A stretch of 64,000 nucleotides of DNA from Octopus vulgaris (taxonomy: Eukaryota), in assembly GCA_951406725.2 (NCBI GenBank), contig OX597816.1, positions 38,688,001 through 38,752,000 of the forward strand. The letters run 5' to 3'. This document shows, one piece after another, positions 12,861 to 26,159 of this stretch (position 1 is the first letter of the stretch; every line of letters begins with the position of its first letter). Under the pieces are notes generated by a model. That model was not told where the DNA came from. It saw only the letters and a program-made list of their open reading frames with translations, and ran no database searches. A program made the translations under genes and the position numbers.

Positions 12861-13299
12861 CTGGTTTCTTTGTTGATAAAAAGAAATTGGATTTTCCTCT
12901 AAGCATGTAAATAAATTTTGTGAAATTATTAATTCCTTGAAATTATCTCTCGCTGATTTTTTTTTTAGTGTCAATAATAATTACCGTTAGGTTTTTGTTT
13001 TCTTTCTCCACTTAAGAGGGAAATTTCAGTCATTTAGTACAACTCTCTTTCAGTTAATGCTATTTATTAACTAGAGCTACACATACAATGCACGCACATT
13101 CTCTCTTCCTCTAATGCACGTTTGTATACACATACATCCTGATACACACACACTCACACTTGTATGCACATATACATGCACATACGCATACCAAAAGTGG
13201 TACTCCAGCTTGGTCTTAGCAACGATATCAAAAACGTTAAAATGAACCGAAGAACATATTCACCTATGCAAACATAATACACACACATACACACACACA

Positions 13300-14525
13300 C
13301 ACACATAAATGTATGCACTCTCTCTCTCTCTCTCACACACACACACGATAGATAGATAGAGAGAGAGAGAGAGAAAGAGAGAGAGTGAGAGAAAGCCTTA
13401 TGATTAGGCATGAACGGTGGAGTTTCATCAGTCATGCTAAACAGTCAGAAGGTAAGATACAGTTACTAGTAGACTTTTACCTCTCTCAAACCAACAACTC
13501 TAGTATCGTACTAATACTAACCAAAAAGTGAAAGAAAAAAAAAGCAGCTAGTGGCAAGCTAGTGACTGTGCAGAAACCACTAAATTGATAAGATTGTGCA
13601 ACATATATACATTCATATGCACATACATACACACTGTGCATGCACGCAAACGTGCACACGCTGGGCAAATAGGCTTGGTGGAGCTGGTAGTTAATGGTCG
13701 TGGTGTGTAATAGAATATAGAAGAAGAAGAAGAGGGGAATTAAGAGGCAGGAGAGGATGAGTGGGACAGATAGGAGAAACAGAGGAGGTGGTGCAGATAG
13801 AAAGAGGGTAGAGAGTGAGATAGATTGTGAAGAAGGGTAGGACAGATGGAAAAGAGAAGAAAAGGGTGTACACGAGAAACGGAGATAGAGAGGATGGGTT
13901 AGAATAGGCCGAAGTGAAAGAGGAAGTTGGAGGGAAAGAGAAGATAGGAGAGGGTAGGAGAGAGAGAGAGAGACATGCATGAAAAAGGGTGAGAGATGGA
14001 AGATAGGAGAGAGAGATAATTAGAGAATGAGGAATAAAAGAAAAAGAAACTAAATATAGAGGGGGTAAAATAATTAACGAGAGAGAACGAGAGTGAATGT
14101 GTATAAAGTGGAATATGTTTAGGGAGAGATAGACAGATAGATAGATAGAGAGAGAGAGGGGGTAGTGAGGGGAGAGAGAACGAGTAAGGAGAGAGAGAGA
14201 GAAAGGAGAGAAGGTTTAAAGAGGGGGAAGAAAGAACGTGCAGAGAAAAGATGTAGGAAGAGAAGAAAGAGGTGTTAAGAGACAACGATGAGAGATAGAG
14301 AGAGAGAGAGAGTGTGTGTGTGTGTGTGTGTAAACGCGCGTATGTATGTGGGGGATGTTTAGTTTGTTTTTAGATATCACGACTAGGCCATGCTGGAGTG
14401 TTAAATAGGGAGGAAAAAAAACATGAAAAATGAGAGAAAAAGGAGAATGAATGTGTGAAGAAGGAGAGACAGATCATGTAGCGATGAGTTTAGAGTGTAA
14501 AGAAAAAAGGAGCTGTAGGAAGGAC

Positions 14526-14567
<42 letters not shown>

Positions 14568-14640
14568 GTGGGGGAAGAAAGACGGTGATAAGAGAATAGG
14601 GTACATGATATAATAGAGAGAACAAGTGTGTGTGTGTGTG

Positions 14641-14707
<67 letters not shown>

Positions 14708-14822
14708 GGAGAGCAGTGGACAGAATGAAGGTGTGTGAAAAGGAAAAAGTGAGAGAGAGCGTGGGTATATAGAGTATGAAGGAATGCATGAATAGAACGG
14801 GAGAGAAAAAAGTGATTGTGGT

Positions 14823-14856
<34 letters not shown>

Positions 14857-15241
14857 CAGACAGATAGATAGAGACAGAGAGATAGAGACAGAGAGAAATA
14901 CGTAGCGAAAGAATGAGTGGAGAGAAAGGGGGGAGGGGGGAACCGAGCTCAATTGCAAGAAACATACATGAAAGAGACATGAGAAAAGAGAAGAGAGAGA
15001 GAGAGAGCGAGAGTGGAAGTGGCAGAGAAAGAGAGAGAAAGATAAGATACAAAAGTAAAAAGAAAAACCAAAACAAACGAAAAGAGAGTTGAGGAAAAGG
15101 AAAAGAAGCAAGAAGCAAGTAATGCTTTAGTGTGATCATGGTATCACGTAAGATTGGGCGTGTATGGTTATGAGAGCGTGTGTGTGCGTGCGTGCGTACG
15201 TGTGTTTGTGTTTATATAAAAGAGGCTTAGAAATGACGTAG

Positions 15242-15272
<31 letters not shown>

Positions 15273-15533
15273 GACTGGTTTTTGCTTGAATGTTTGTGTG
15301 TGTGTACGTGTCTGTGTGTACGTGCGGCAGAGAATGCAAACAGTTTGAAGTGTTTGTGTGCATGAGTGTACATGTCTATTGGCGTGCATGTACATGTTTG
15401 TGTAGGGGAATGTTTGAGAACAAGAACTCGTTTGGGTGTGTGTGTGAGTGAGAGAGAGAGAGCGAGTACGTGCATGTACATGCTAGTATGCGCGTGTGCG
15501 TCAGAGCGAAAAAGAACTCGTTTTGTGTGCGTA

Positions 15534-15564
<31 letters not shown>

Positions 15565-15650
15565 TTATATATACGTGTGTGTGTGTAATCGTCTTTGTGT
15601 TTGTCAGCATGTGTGTGTATGTAAACGTGGTGAAGGGACGTGTGTAGTAG
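13300..15650. repeat. Purine-skewed low-complexity region with (GA)n, (GT)n and (TA)n
   Basis: Long GA and GT runs; the many L/S/F-rich and H/T-rich ORFs here are repeat translations. Confidence 0.9.
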
Positions 15651-16500
15651 TGGCGGGTAACTGGGGCCCAGTTTAACCTTAGCACTTCATGCTACGTGCT
15701 TAAAGAGCAAATTAAAATGACACGCTGAAAATAGCAAGGGGAAAAAGAATGAAAGAAATGAGGAGAAAGGAAAAAAAAACACACACACACACACACAAGA
15801 AAAAAAAAAGAAAAAGAAAGAAAAGAAAGGTATATGATCAGGAGAGAGAGAGAGAGCTTCGTGAGAACATTTCTATATTGAATCGGTCGAGGATTTTTTT
15901 TTTCCCTCTCGCCGAAACGGCTGTTTGGCATGGAGGACAGCGGTGAAGAAAAGCTAACGAAAGCAACAAACAATAAAACTAATGGCAATAATAATAACAA
16001 CAACGACGATGATGATGCTGATGAAGAAAAGAACAGGGAATGTTGAAAAAGAAGGGCAGGAAAGAAGGAAGGCAGTCCGTGTAGTGCCGTGTATTGTAAG
16101 AATCATTGGAGGAGTCACGATTGAAGTGTGGCCAAGCCGAGAGAATTGTCACGAATCTATAAGACTGGAACGACATTAGAGTCGGTAAAAATACACACAA
16201 ATAAAATCTGAAATGCTGACGGTATTTTATAGTCGTTGTTGTTGTTGTGATAGAGGGTAGTGGTTGTGGTGACGATAATAAAGTAGAGAGAGAGGCAGAA
16301 GTACATTTCAACATCAAGATGTTTAACAATTCCCATGTGAGAAGGAGAATCCTTCCTCGTTACAAATCCAGTTCTCCTCTCCACACAGACACATATATAC
16401 ACATACTGCGTCTGTCTAATGCAACAATATTGGTAACTAGCGATGAGGTTCACTAGAAGAAATGATAATTTTTTCTTTTTCAATAGCAAAATAAACTGTG
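15650..16500. promoter_or_regulatory. Transposon-free, CpG-retaining unique block; possible promoter or 5' UTR
   Basis: CpG density visibly higher than the flanks and no recognisable transposon; strand not determinable. Confidence 0.35.
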
Positions 16501-18629
16501 GACCATTAGGATTTAATAAGCATTCAGGTGGTTGGCTGGTTGGTGATGCATAAACTGAACCTAAAAGGTTATAAAGCCAAGAATGGACAGTACTCGCAAG
16601 TAATACTTACCCAATACAAGATTAACTTGCCTTCCTGTCCAAGCAACACCACTTATTTGTTTTACTGGGTTAATAAGGGAATCTCCACATTGTTTGCCAA
16701 AAAATCAGCCAAATTTTTCTTTAAAATCACACCTCATTTTGAAAAAGATCATACTAATGATGTAATCATAGATACATGAGTTCTTAAGGTGGAATAGTCA
16801 CAGCTAAAATGCGTTTGACCACAGAAGTGCTTGTATAAGACTGAGTTGTGGGGGAATAAAAACTATGATTTATTTTAGACATTATTTTAGACATTCTCTT
16901 CCACAGCAAATGACAACACTTCAAATATTAGATTCTACAATAACCCCTTCATTTCAAATGAAACATTAAACCAACAAGCTCTTCCTCTATCACTACCAGC
17001 ACTGCATTCAGGGTTAAATTCTGGCATTATAGACACCCAAGCAAAGCAATACACTAGGGTCCCTATATAACCACAGCATATACAAATTAAAAATGGGCCC
17101 CTAGATCCATGGGAACCATGTACAACTGGTCAGTCTGTCCATGCCTTAAGGTGAGACTGACTGCATTGAGTCTGTGACCAAGAACAATAAGCTCTCAATG
17201 GCTGAAATTTCTTCAAATCAAACCATCGCTTTCTAGTTCTGTGTCAGCCCAGATAGAGCAGACCTATGATGAGAAAGAAAAAAAAAGGTTCCACCTGTGA
17301 TCATCCTGTCTTATATTTAGGTAAAGTGTATCTCAGAGTATCATGCCAAGAAAAATCATGGAAGTTGAAAACATTCCTTATCAATGCATTCAAAATCCAG
17401 GACTTGACAAATACCTCAAAATGATTCCTGATTTACCTATGGTCGATAATTATGCACAATTTTGAACTGAACAATCTAATTCATTGTTACAGATGATTCC
17501 AAACTTTAGAGAAGATAGACTAAGTCTGAGCTTTGGAAAATTCTAATAACTATTGCAAATTCCAGAGAAATGAAGCAAAAGAAATTATTCAATGTATCTA
17601 TCTTACTTTTTTTTAAAGCGGGAGCAGGTAATTTAAGAACTGGAATAATGTTACTCAATATGGTGCATAACCCAGAGATCAGAGAGTCTCTCCAGGTAGA
17701 GCCACTGCTTCTCTGCATTGAGAAGACACAGCACTGGTAGTAGAAATATGATTCAAATGACACAGGAAAGAATCACAAGATGGATTCTTCAAGCCAAGCC
17801 AACCAGCAGAAGACCTGAGGGTAGCCCAAGAATTAGATGGTTGGATAATATCCATAGTCTCAGTTGGTCATGCTTGGAATCAGCTGAAAGTGTAATGATG
17901 GTTGTTTCTGATAGGACCCTATGGAGAGCACTCTACCTCCATGACTCTCCCAGGAATAGTGAGTGGAGATGGAAGGGCAGATGTAGCTATTTCTAGCAGG
18001 TCAAGTAACCACAAAGGGGCTTTCTCTTCAACTTGCCTCATTCAAAGTAGTAAATGTGGTGAGCGATATAGTTTCCCATTATAAGCAGAAATAGTATTTA
18101 TCACTCACTTTATTTAACACTTCAAAAACCAAAAGAAAATTTAAAAAACACCAATCCCATGGAATTTTGGCAATTTACAAACAGAATAGTGGCTTTCTCT
18201 TTCTCAGAGGAGGGGGTGGAAGAGAAGTTAGTAGGGAGACAGGAATGGGAAGAGAGGGAGAGGAAAGAAGGAAGTAGGTAGAGAGAGAGAGAGTATGTGT
18301 ATGTGTGTGGATGCATGCAGGCATGTGCATGACTTTACATTTTGCATGTCTTTGCTTGATACTGCTTCACCCTTTAGCATTCGGATTACTCTGTCAAATG
18401 TAATGCTTATTCATTCACATTGTTCTGAATTAATCATGTATTATCTTGTAGCCTCAAGATTTCAATGTTGCAGTTATTTACTATTAGAATGACATTGTAG
18501 GGTAGATGTGAGAGACTAGATCTGACCAGTTTTGACACAAAACAGGCAGAATATTTAGGTCACACATGGCCAATTTAAATGCTTAAGAGTTAAACAAAAA
18601 ACAATGTGGTCATATTAAAGTTTCCAAAA

Positions 18630-19035
18630 AGCATACCCTCCATCAGACACCTACCATATTCTGAGCGCCTTGTTTCACTGAAGCTCCGGCGTCTGGCGAC
18701 GGACTTGGTAAACACCCACAAAGTTATCAACCACCTCACCAACAATAACACTGAACACCTTTTTGATCTCCATGTGTCTAACACACGTGGACATGCCTAC
18801 AAAGTCAGAAAACAGCACAGCTCCCATGACTTTCGGAAACATTTTTTCACGCTCAGAGTTGCTGAAGCATGGAATAAACTGCCTGCGTCAGTTGTTGACT
18901 GCCATGACACTGCATCCTTTAAGGCCCTCATGCTTTCCGAAATCCGCCGAAACTACACCTGATTATATATACACTTTAGATGAGTTGTAGTGCACCTGAG
19001 CACTGTACACAATTATTATTATTATTATTATTATT
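18630..19035 (+). mobile_element. CR1/L2-group LINE 3' fragment
   Basis: ORF2 C-terminus LPYSERL...NTRGHAYK...RKHFFTLRVAEAWNKLP followed by an (ATT)n tail. Confidence 0.85.
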
Positions 19036-22000
19036 ATCCTGTTGGAACTGCTTCTTGTGAGGACATGGAATAAAAAATCCCTTTAATAAACAGATAACAA
19101 TTGATGTCAAGAAGAGCATCTGGTCATAAAATATTAAAAAAAAGACACCCCCCCCCCTTCAGTCATGAATGGCCAGGGGATTGTACCAAGAATGTTCCCC
19201 TCTGTGGTATAAGTAAGTCCAGGCAAATGATTGTTTGTGGAAGACCAGCAGTCACCTATGCATACTAGTTTGCTCTCTCAATGCCACTGATATTGTTTAA
19301 GGGAAAGAGAAAGCCAGTACAGTTTGGCACCAATGACATCAGAACTCATTACTGTAGCTGAGTGAAATGGAAAAATGTGAAATAAAGTGTCTTGCCCAAG
19401 GACACAACACACAGCCCAGTCCAGGAATTGAACTCACAACTTGACAATTGTAAGCCCACTCCATCCAAACCCATGATAGCAGGAAAAAGTGAATGCAAAA
19501 CAAAATGAATGGATGAAATCTTTATTAATTTTATTCTTCCTTTTTCGTAAGTTAAATTACAAGATAAAACAATTGGCTAAATACATCAGGTGCCATGGCA
19601 AATTTTTTTTTTAAATCTCATCATAACCAAGACCTTTTTGAGACTATATTCAACAACTCTCAAATTTTTTCCCATAGGACCCCCCCCCCCCCACTGTCAA
19701 CAAATACTAACATTTCCCTATTCAGGGAATATGTTGCACATCATCAACATCACTATTTAATAACTGCTTTTCCATGCTTGCATGGATCTGGATAGAATTT
19801 GCTGGAGCAAATTTTCTACAGCCAGATACCCTTCCTGTTGCCAACCCTCACGTGTTTCAAAGGTAATTATTCTCCATAACTGCATGTTTCCTTGGAAGAT
19901 TGGAAATGAAGAATACTGTTTGCATGATAGTGACATTTGTTTACAAATATTACAAGAAGTCAAGAAAACAACCCACACATATTTACGAAGGACTTCTTTC
20001 AAATTTCATCTACCAAATCCACTCACAAGGGTTTGGTTGGCCTGGGGCCACAGTAGAACACACTTACCCAAGGTGCCATAAAGTGAGACTGAACCCAGAC
20101 CATGTGGTTGGGAAGCAAACCTGTTACCACACAGCCACACCTGCACTTATAAACTATAAATATAGAGTAGTGAATAGGCAGAAATGTAAAAATTGTGAGA
20201 CCAAGTGTTTTATGGTATTTGTAGTCTGAGGTCAAATCTCATTATGGCCTACTTGGATGGTAGACTTAATTCACTGCCTGATTTAAAACCGACACCTAAG
20301 GTACTTTGGGTACCTTAAGTGGAGTCCACTATGCTGAAAGCATTTGGGCCAAATCTCCAGTTTGAGAATACCTTGGATAAAACAGAATCCAAGAACCGGT
20401 AATGGTCAGTATTGACAAGATTTGTATTGGAAAAAAAAAGTGAACAAAAGATCCACTCTCTTCCTCTCACCCACAAGTTTTGGAGGCTCTGTAAAAAGGT
20501 CATGAGCACTGCCTTCTCTCTCGATGATAAGAAAAAAATGCTAAAAATTAACTTGGAAACACATATGTATAAAATGGGCCAATTTATCACTATTTCTAGT
20601 GGAGCCTATAGCAACTTTTCAAGTAACCCTAGTTGGAAATGCTGGTTTAGAATACAAAAGGTTCTTGCATAAAATGCAATAACCTTTTTATAAGAACTTA
20701 TATTCAAATTTAAATATAAGTTCCATTATAGGCATTGACATGGCTGTGTAGTCATCTCAGATTCAGTCCCATTTCACAGCACCTTGGGTAGGTATTTTCT
20801 GTTATTGCTCTGGACCAACCAAAGCTTTGTGAGTGAATTTGATAGACAGAAACTAGTGGAAGAAGCCCGTTGTGTATGTGTGTGTGTGTATACCCGTCTT
20901 AACATCACATGATAGTTGTAAAGATACATCACTATTATACTAGCAATGTTGTTCGCTTCAAGCCATCTGCGGAAAACACGTGTCTGGCTATGAGAAATAT
21001 TACTTGGAAAACAGGTGAGGGTTGGTGACAGGAAGGGTATCTAGCCATGGAAAAATTGGCATCAACAGATTCCACCTGACCCATGCAAGCATGACAAAGT
21101 GGATGTTAAATGATGGTGATAATACTTTGAAACAGTTTTGTATCAAAGAAGCACCAATATCAAAAGAGTTAAGCAATGGTTGAACCACACCTAAAATGTC
21201 ATAAATTTTCATCTCTGAAACACTTTTTTAGCTTTTAGAACTTTCAGAAATTTATTATTTTATTACTTCATTATATTAAACTTCCACAAGGCCATAAATC
21301 TATGTTACAGCAGCACTTACCTTGAGAGTACTTTAAACAGTACCCCAGTCACCTCAATATGTCATAGCACTCTAGCTTAATACTGGTCTCATTTAATCTG
21401 AGATTACAATCAACTGTAAAGACCGGAATACTACAACTTTCACACAGAAAATTCATTTGGAAACAATACAGAATACAAGATTACTCATACACACAGAGTG
21501 AGACCAATACTTTTTCCATCAAATGTAAAATACTTGCAGTTTTCTAAAACCCTTTTGCATTTAAACCAACCATATTCAGCCCAAATATCTTATCTGTTTT
21601 ATGTTCAAACCAACCAGATCTGACCTCTCACACTTACCCTACAATGTCATTTTAAAAATGAAACAGTCACATTATTGATCTCTCAAAGCTACATGATAAT
21701 GCATGATTAATTTAAAATAATGAATAAATAAGCTTTACATTTGACAGAAAAATCTGAATGCTAAAGGTTTAAATTACACAGAAAAATATAAACACAAGCT
21801 GTTGGAAGACAAATATGAGTGCACACCACACCTTTAAGAAAATCTAAATCCAAGAAATTAACAATAATTAACAGACCATAAAATATTTCTACTATAACTA
21901 AGATATTTTTGTGTTCCCTACTGCACAATTTTCACCCCCAAATACTAACCTGCAGAATTTAAAACTTAACCGTCCAACCCATGCTAGCATGGAAAACGGA

Positions 22001-22819
22001 CGCTAAACGACGATGATGATGATGATGAAACAAACAGAACAGTAAGGGTATTAAGCTAATCAGTTTTGGAGGTCCTGGAAATGTCACAGGTATTCTTCTT
22101 CTTCATTTAACAAACTAAAAAAAAAAAAAAAAAAAAAAAGAGCTTCTACCCAGTCGCTTGACCTACAAGATATAGTAACCAAATCTTTTAAATCACACAC
22201 TAGGATCTTAAAACAAGAAGGATTCATTCAACAATGGATATACAAAAAGACAGGATGGTCTAAGTTGGAATGCTTTTAATCACAGACCTATTCAGTCAGG
22301 TCTGATCTGAGGTTAAACAACAATCACTCTAGGGTCATGACTGAAATTAAATGTTATATCAATCAAACAGGATAAAATCACATTAAAACTAGAACCATTT
22401 GCTTGCATTTCTGTAATATTATATATGACAATAGTATTTTTTTCATTTGTTTCAGTCATTGAACAGTAGTTGTGCAGGGCCACCACCTTAAAAGGTTTAG
22501 CCAATCAAATCTTCCCAAAATACTTTATTTTTAAGTCTCATAATAATTCTATTAATCTCATTTTACCAACCACAAAGTCACAGGGATACAAACAAACCAC
22601 CAACTGCTAAGCATTGAGAAACCAACACATATGCCCATGCACACACACACACGTTTCCATGGATTTTCTATCAGCTGAATCTATTCACAAGGCATTGGTA
22701 GGCCTGAGTCAATAGTAGATGACACTTATCCAAGATGCTATGCAATGGAACTGAACTCAGAACTACATGATTGTGATACAAACTTGTTAACCACACAGCT
22801 ATACCCATGCCCATATGTA

Positions 22820-24102
22820 TTGGGTCATCCCATAAATAATGTGATTTTTTTCAATTGCATGTACTAAAAGTCAGAGGGGGACAGGATAAACTACTTGCAT
22901 CAACTTGCTATAAAAGCAGGTAGTAATTTTACTTTGTCCTTATTCTTAGTACCAGTTGTGAAGAGTGCAGTTCGATTTTAATAGTTATTTTTTCAAAGCT
23001 ATAATGGAAGTGACAAAGGAGCATATTCAGCATATTTTGCTTTATGAGTTCAGTAAAGACAACAACATAAAAGAAAGTGTGAGGAATGTTAATGCAGTAT
23101 ATGGGGATTGGACAATAAGCATAAGCCAGTGTCAATGGAGGTTCCAAAAATTCCGAGCCAGCAACTACAGCCTAGAAGATGAGATCCATCCTGGAAGATC
23201 TATAGAGCTCAACAAGGACATCCTGCAAACCCTGGTGGAACAAAGTCCCATCATAACTGTTGAGGAACTAGCAGAAAAGCTTGGATTTGGTCATTCAACT
23301 ATTCATCAACACCTGCATGCCATTGAAAAAGTCAGCAAATTGGGTCAATGGGTTCCTCACAAACTTTCCAAGTCTAATTGTGCACAGAGTGAATGCGTGC
23401 TTTTCTATGCTGTCACGTCTCATGAACGTATCTTTTTTTAACTGAATAGTGACTGGTAATGAGAAATGGATTGTCTATAAAAATGCCAAGTACCAAAGAG
23501 AGTGGGTAGGGAAAAGAGAAACACTAGCACCCCAGGTTAAAGAGAGTCTTCACCCACATGAGGCATTGTTATCTGTTTGGTGAGATATGACAGGTTTAGT
23601 TGACTTTGAACTTTTAAATCAAACAATAACAAAGGAGATTTACTGTGAACAGCTTGACCGGCTTAAGTCAGCATTAGAAGAAAAACGACTATCTTTGGTT
23701 TCAAATGTAAGATGTTCTTTCATCAGGATAATGCTCAACCACATACAGCAAGGATGACATTCCAAAGGCTGGAGCAGTTTGAATGGGAAATGATGCCCCA
23801 CCCACCATATTTGCTGGACATTGCCCCATCTGATTATCATTTATTCCGCAATCTTCAAAATCATTTGGACGGGAAAAATATAAATTCTGTAAACAATGAC
23901 AGAACAGTACTGGAGGAGGATTTTTCGTCACGGACAAGTGAATTTTGGAAGAGGGGCCTTGCAAGTCTAATAGATAGATGGCAGAACATTGTAGAAAATG
24001 AAGGAGAGTATACTTTAGACTAAAAAAGAACTCTGTTTATCTTAATTTTGAAAAATAAAAGAAGTATAAAAAATAAAACGCATTATTTATGGGATGACTC
24101 AA
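22820..24102 (+). mobile_element. Full-length mariner transposon (about 1283 bp)
   Basis: TIRs ttgggtcatcccataaataatg / cattatttatgggatgactcaa with TA target duplication on both sides. Confidence 0.95.
23004..24023 (+). pseudogene. Mariner DD34D transposase, disrupted
   Basis: MEVTKEHIQH...WVPHKL, VTGNEKW (first catalytic D changed to N), HQDNAQPH, HPPYLLDIAPSDYHLF; frameshifts and stops between the two ORF pieces. Confidence 0.93.
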
Positions 24103-25204
24103 TATAATTAATACTTTCATCTCTGAAACTCTCTTTCTAGGTCTTTGTTTATTACTAGATTTCAGATAACAGTTGTTTGGTACACCAAAACTTCCCAGAG
24201 TGAGTCATATTGATTTACATAGTTTACTTTCCATCACCAGCCTGAAGCCTACGCTACCCCAATCCAATTATTTGCAATAATGGACCATTCTCATGTAAGT
24301 TAAAAACAAAAACAAGTTTACAAACATTTTGAGTCTGCCCCCAAAGTATTGTTTTATACCATGCTAAGTATGGAAAAAATGGAAGTAAAACAATCAAATT
24401 CAATTTCTTTTTGCCAACTTATTAATATATGTTAAGATAAAATAAATCTGGAGTTTAGATTTAAAGTAATATTTTATTGCTTTTTTTGGCTTGGCAAAGC
24501 ACTTAAACTGTACATGTCTCATTTCGTTTGTCAATAAGGAAGATGTACAATGTTTTTAAAGAAGTGATGAAGAAGTAGAGTGGCATTTTATCTAAAAGGG
24601 CAGTTCAGTTTTCATTTGCTAAACAACAAAGATATGAATAGTGGCCATATATGTTACAGGAAAGAGAAGAACGTACTTACAATCTGCTACAGTAGTAATA
24701 ATGCCTCCAATTCCAACAGTTTATTACTCTGAACTGAGCTTTTTATAAAATATCAAGTTATTTTTATAAAATAACAAGTTGAAGAAAATCCTTAATAATT
24801 TATGCCTCGTTATATATGTCAAGGAACCTGTGACTGTGTGATAAAGAAGTTTGCTGCAAAACTATGCAGTTTCAGGTTCAGTTCTAGTGCACAAGATCTC
24901 AGGCAAATGTCTTCTACCATAGACTCAAGCTGACCAATGCCTTGTGAGTAAATTTATGAAGAAATGGAAACTGCACAGAAACCTGTTGTGTGTGTTTGTG
25001 TATATCTTAATGCTTGGCAATTAGTATTGGTTTGTAAACATTGGCAACACTTAGTAGTTCAGTATAAAGAGACCAATAAAGTACCAGGCTTAAGTACTGA
25101 GGTTGATTTCTTTGATTACACCAAGTATGGGCAACTTTTTTCAAGAAGTGAGCTACATGAGACATGACTCATCATCAGAGAGTTGCATTACTAAAAAAAG
25201 TTCA

Positions 25205-25600
25205 AAGGAGTGGCTGTGTGGTAAGTAGCTTGCTAACCAACTACATGGTTCCGGGTTCAGTCCCACTGCGTGGCAACTTGGGCAAGTGTCTTCTGCTATA
25301 GCCCCGGGCCGACCAATGCCTTGTGAGTGGATTTGGTAGACGGAAACTGAAAGAAGCCTGTCGTATATATGTATATATATATGTATGTGTGCGTGTGTTT
25401 GTCCCCCTAGCATTGCTTGATAACCGATGGTGTGTTTACGTCCCTGTCACTTAGCGGTTCGGCAAAAGAGATCGATAGAATAAGTACTGGGCTTACAGAA
25501 AATAAGTCCCGGGGTCGATTTGCTCGACTAAAGGCGGTGCTCCAGCATGGCCGCAGTCAAATGACTGAAACAAGTAAAAGAGTAAAAGAGAGTAAAGAGT
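25205..25600 (+). mobile_element. tRNA-derived SINE (family A)
   Basis: Near-identical to 4170-4580. Confidence 0.9.
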
Positions 25601-26128
25601 AATTTTTCAAAGGGCATGCCTTTCAGAAAGTGCTACAGGTTACAGTTTGCCCATGACTGGACTAAACCTAAAGCAATACCCTTGCATGGCCATAGTCTAA
25701 TGATTGAAACAAGTAAAAAAAAAAAACCTTGTGTTAAAACTGGTGCTCAGAAGCAGTAAGTATCAAATATAATATGAAACCTAACGTTTTCCTTATTTCT
25801 TTTCTCTGTATCAACTTCATCACCATCATTAGATTTGCCATCATTTTGCTAGCAACCATTTTTAAACATACACTATGACAAGTTTGCCTGGATGAATGGA
25901 AAAAAAAAGACATTATGCACAAAATAGGTCAACTTGATTACATACTGGGTGTGGTAGCATCATTTTTTATGGTTTTTTTTTTGGGTTTTTTTTTGTGCAC
26001 TGATTTATATAGTATAGGCAAAGAGAATGATTTTACAGTTCACTGGTGAAAGGAAATGTTTATTTTTGTTTTAATTCAACATAAGCAGCATATGTGTGTG
26101 TATTTAGTGACATTTATCAAACACTATC

Positions 26129-26159
<31 letters not shown>

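Noticed and set aside
13405-13440. CTGATGA on the minus strand as a hammerhead core
   Set aside because: The stem II candidate aac/gtt is not followed by GAAA
13486-15685. Long L/S/F-rich and H/T-rich ORFs
   Set aside because: Translations of (CT)n and (CA)n low-complexity sequence
15930-16046. Short ORF MEDSGEEKLTKATNNK...
   Set aside because: Dominated by (aat/aac/gat)n triplet repeats and lacks a supporting splice donor
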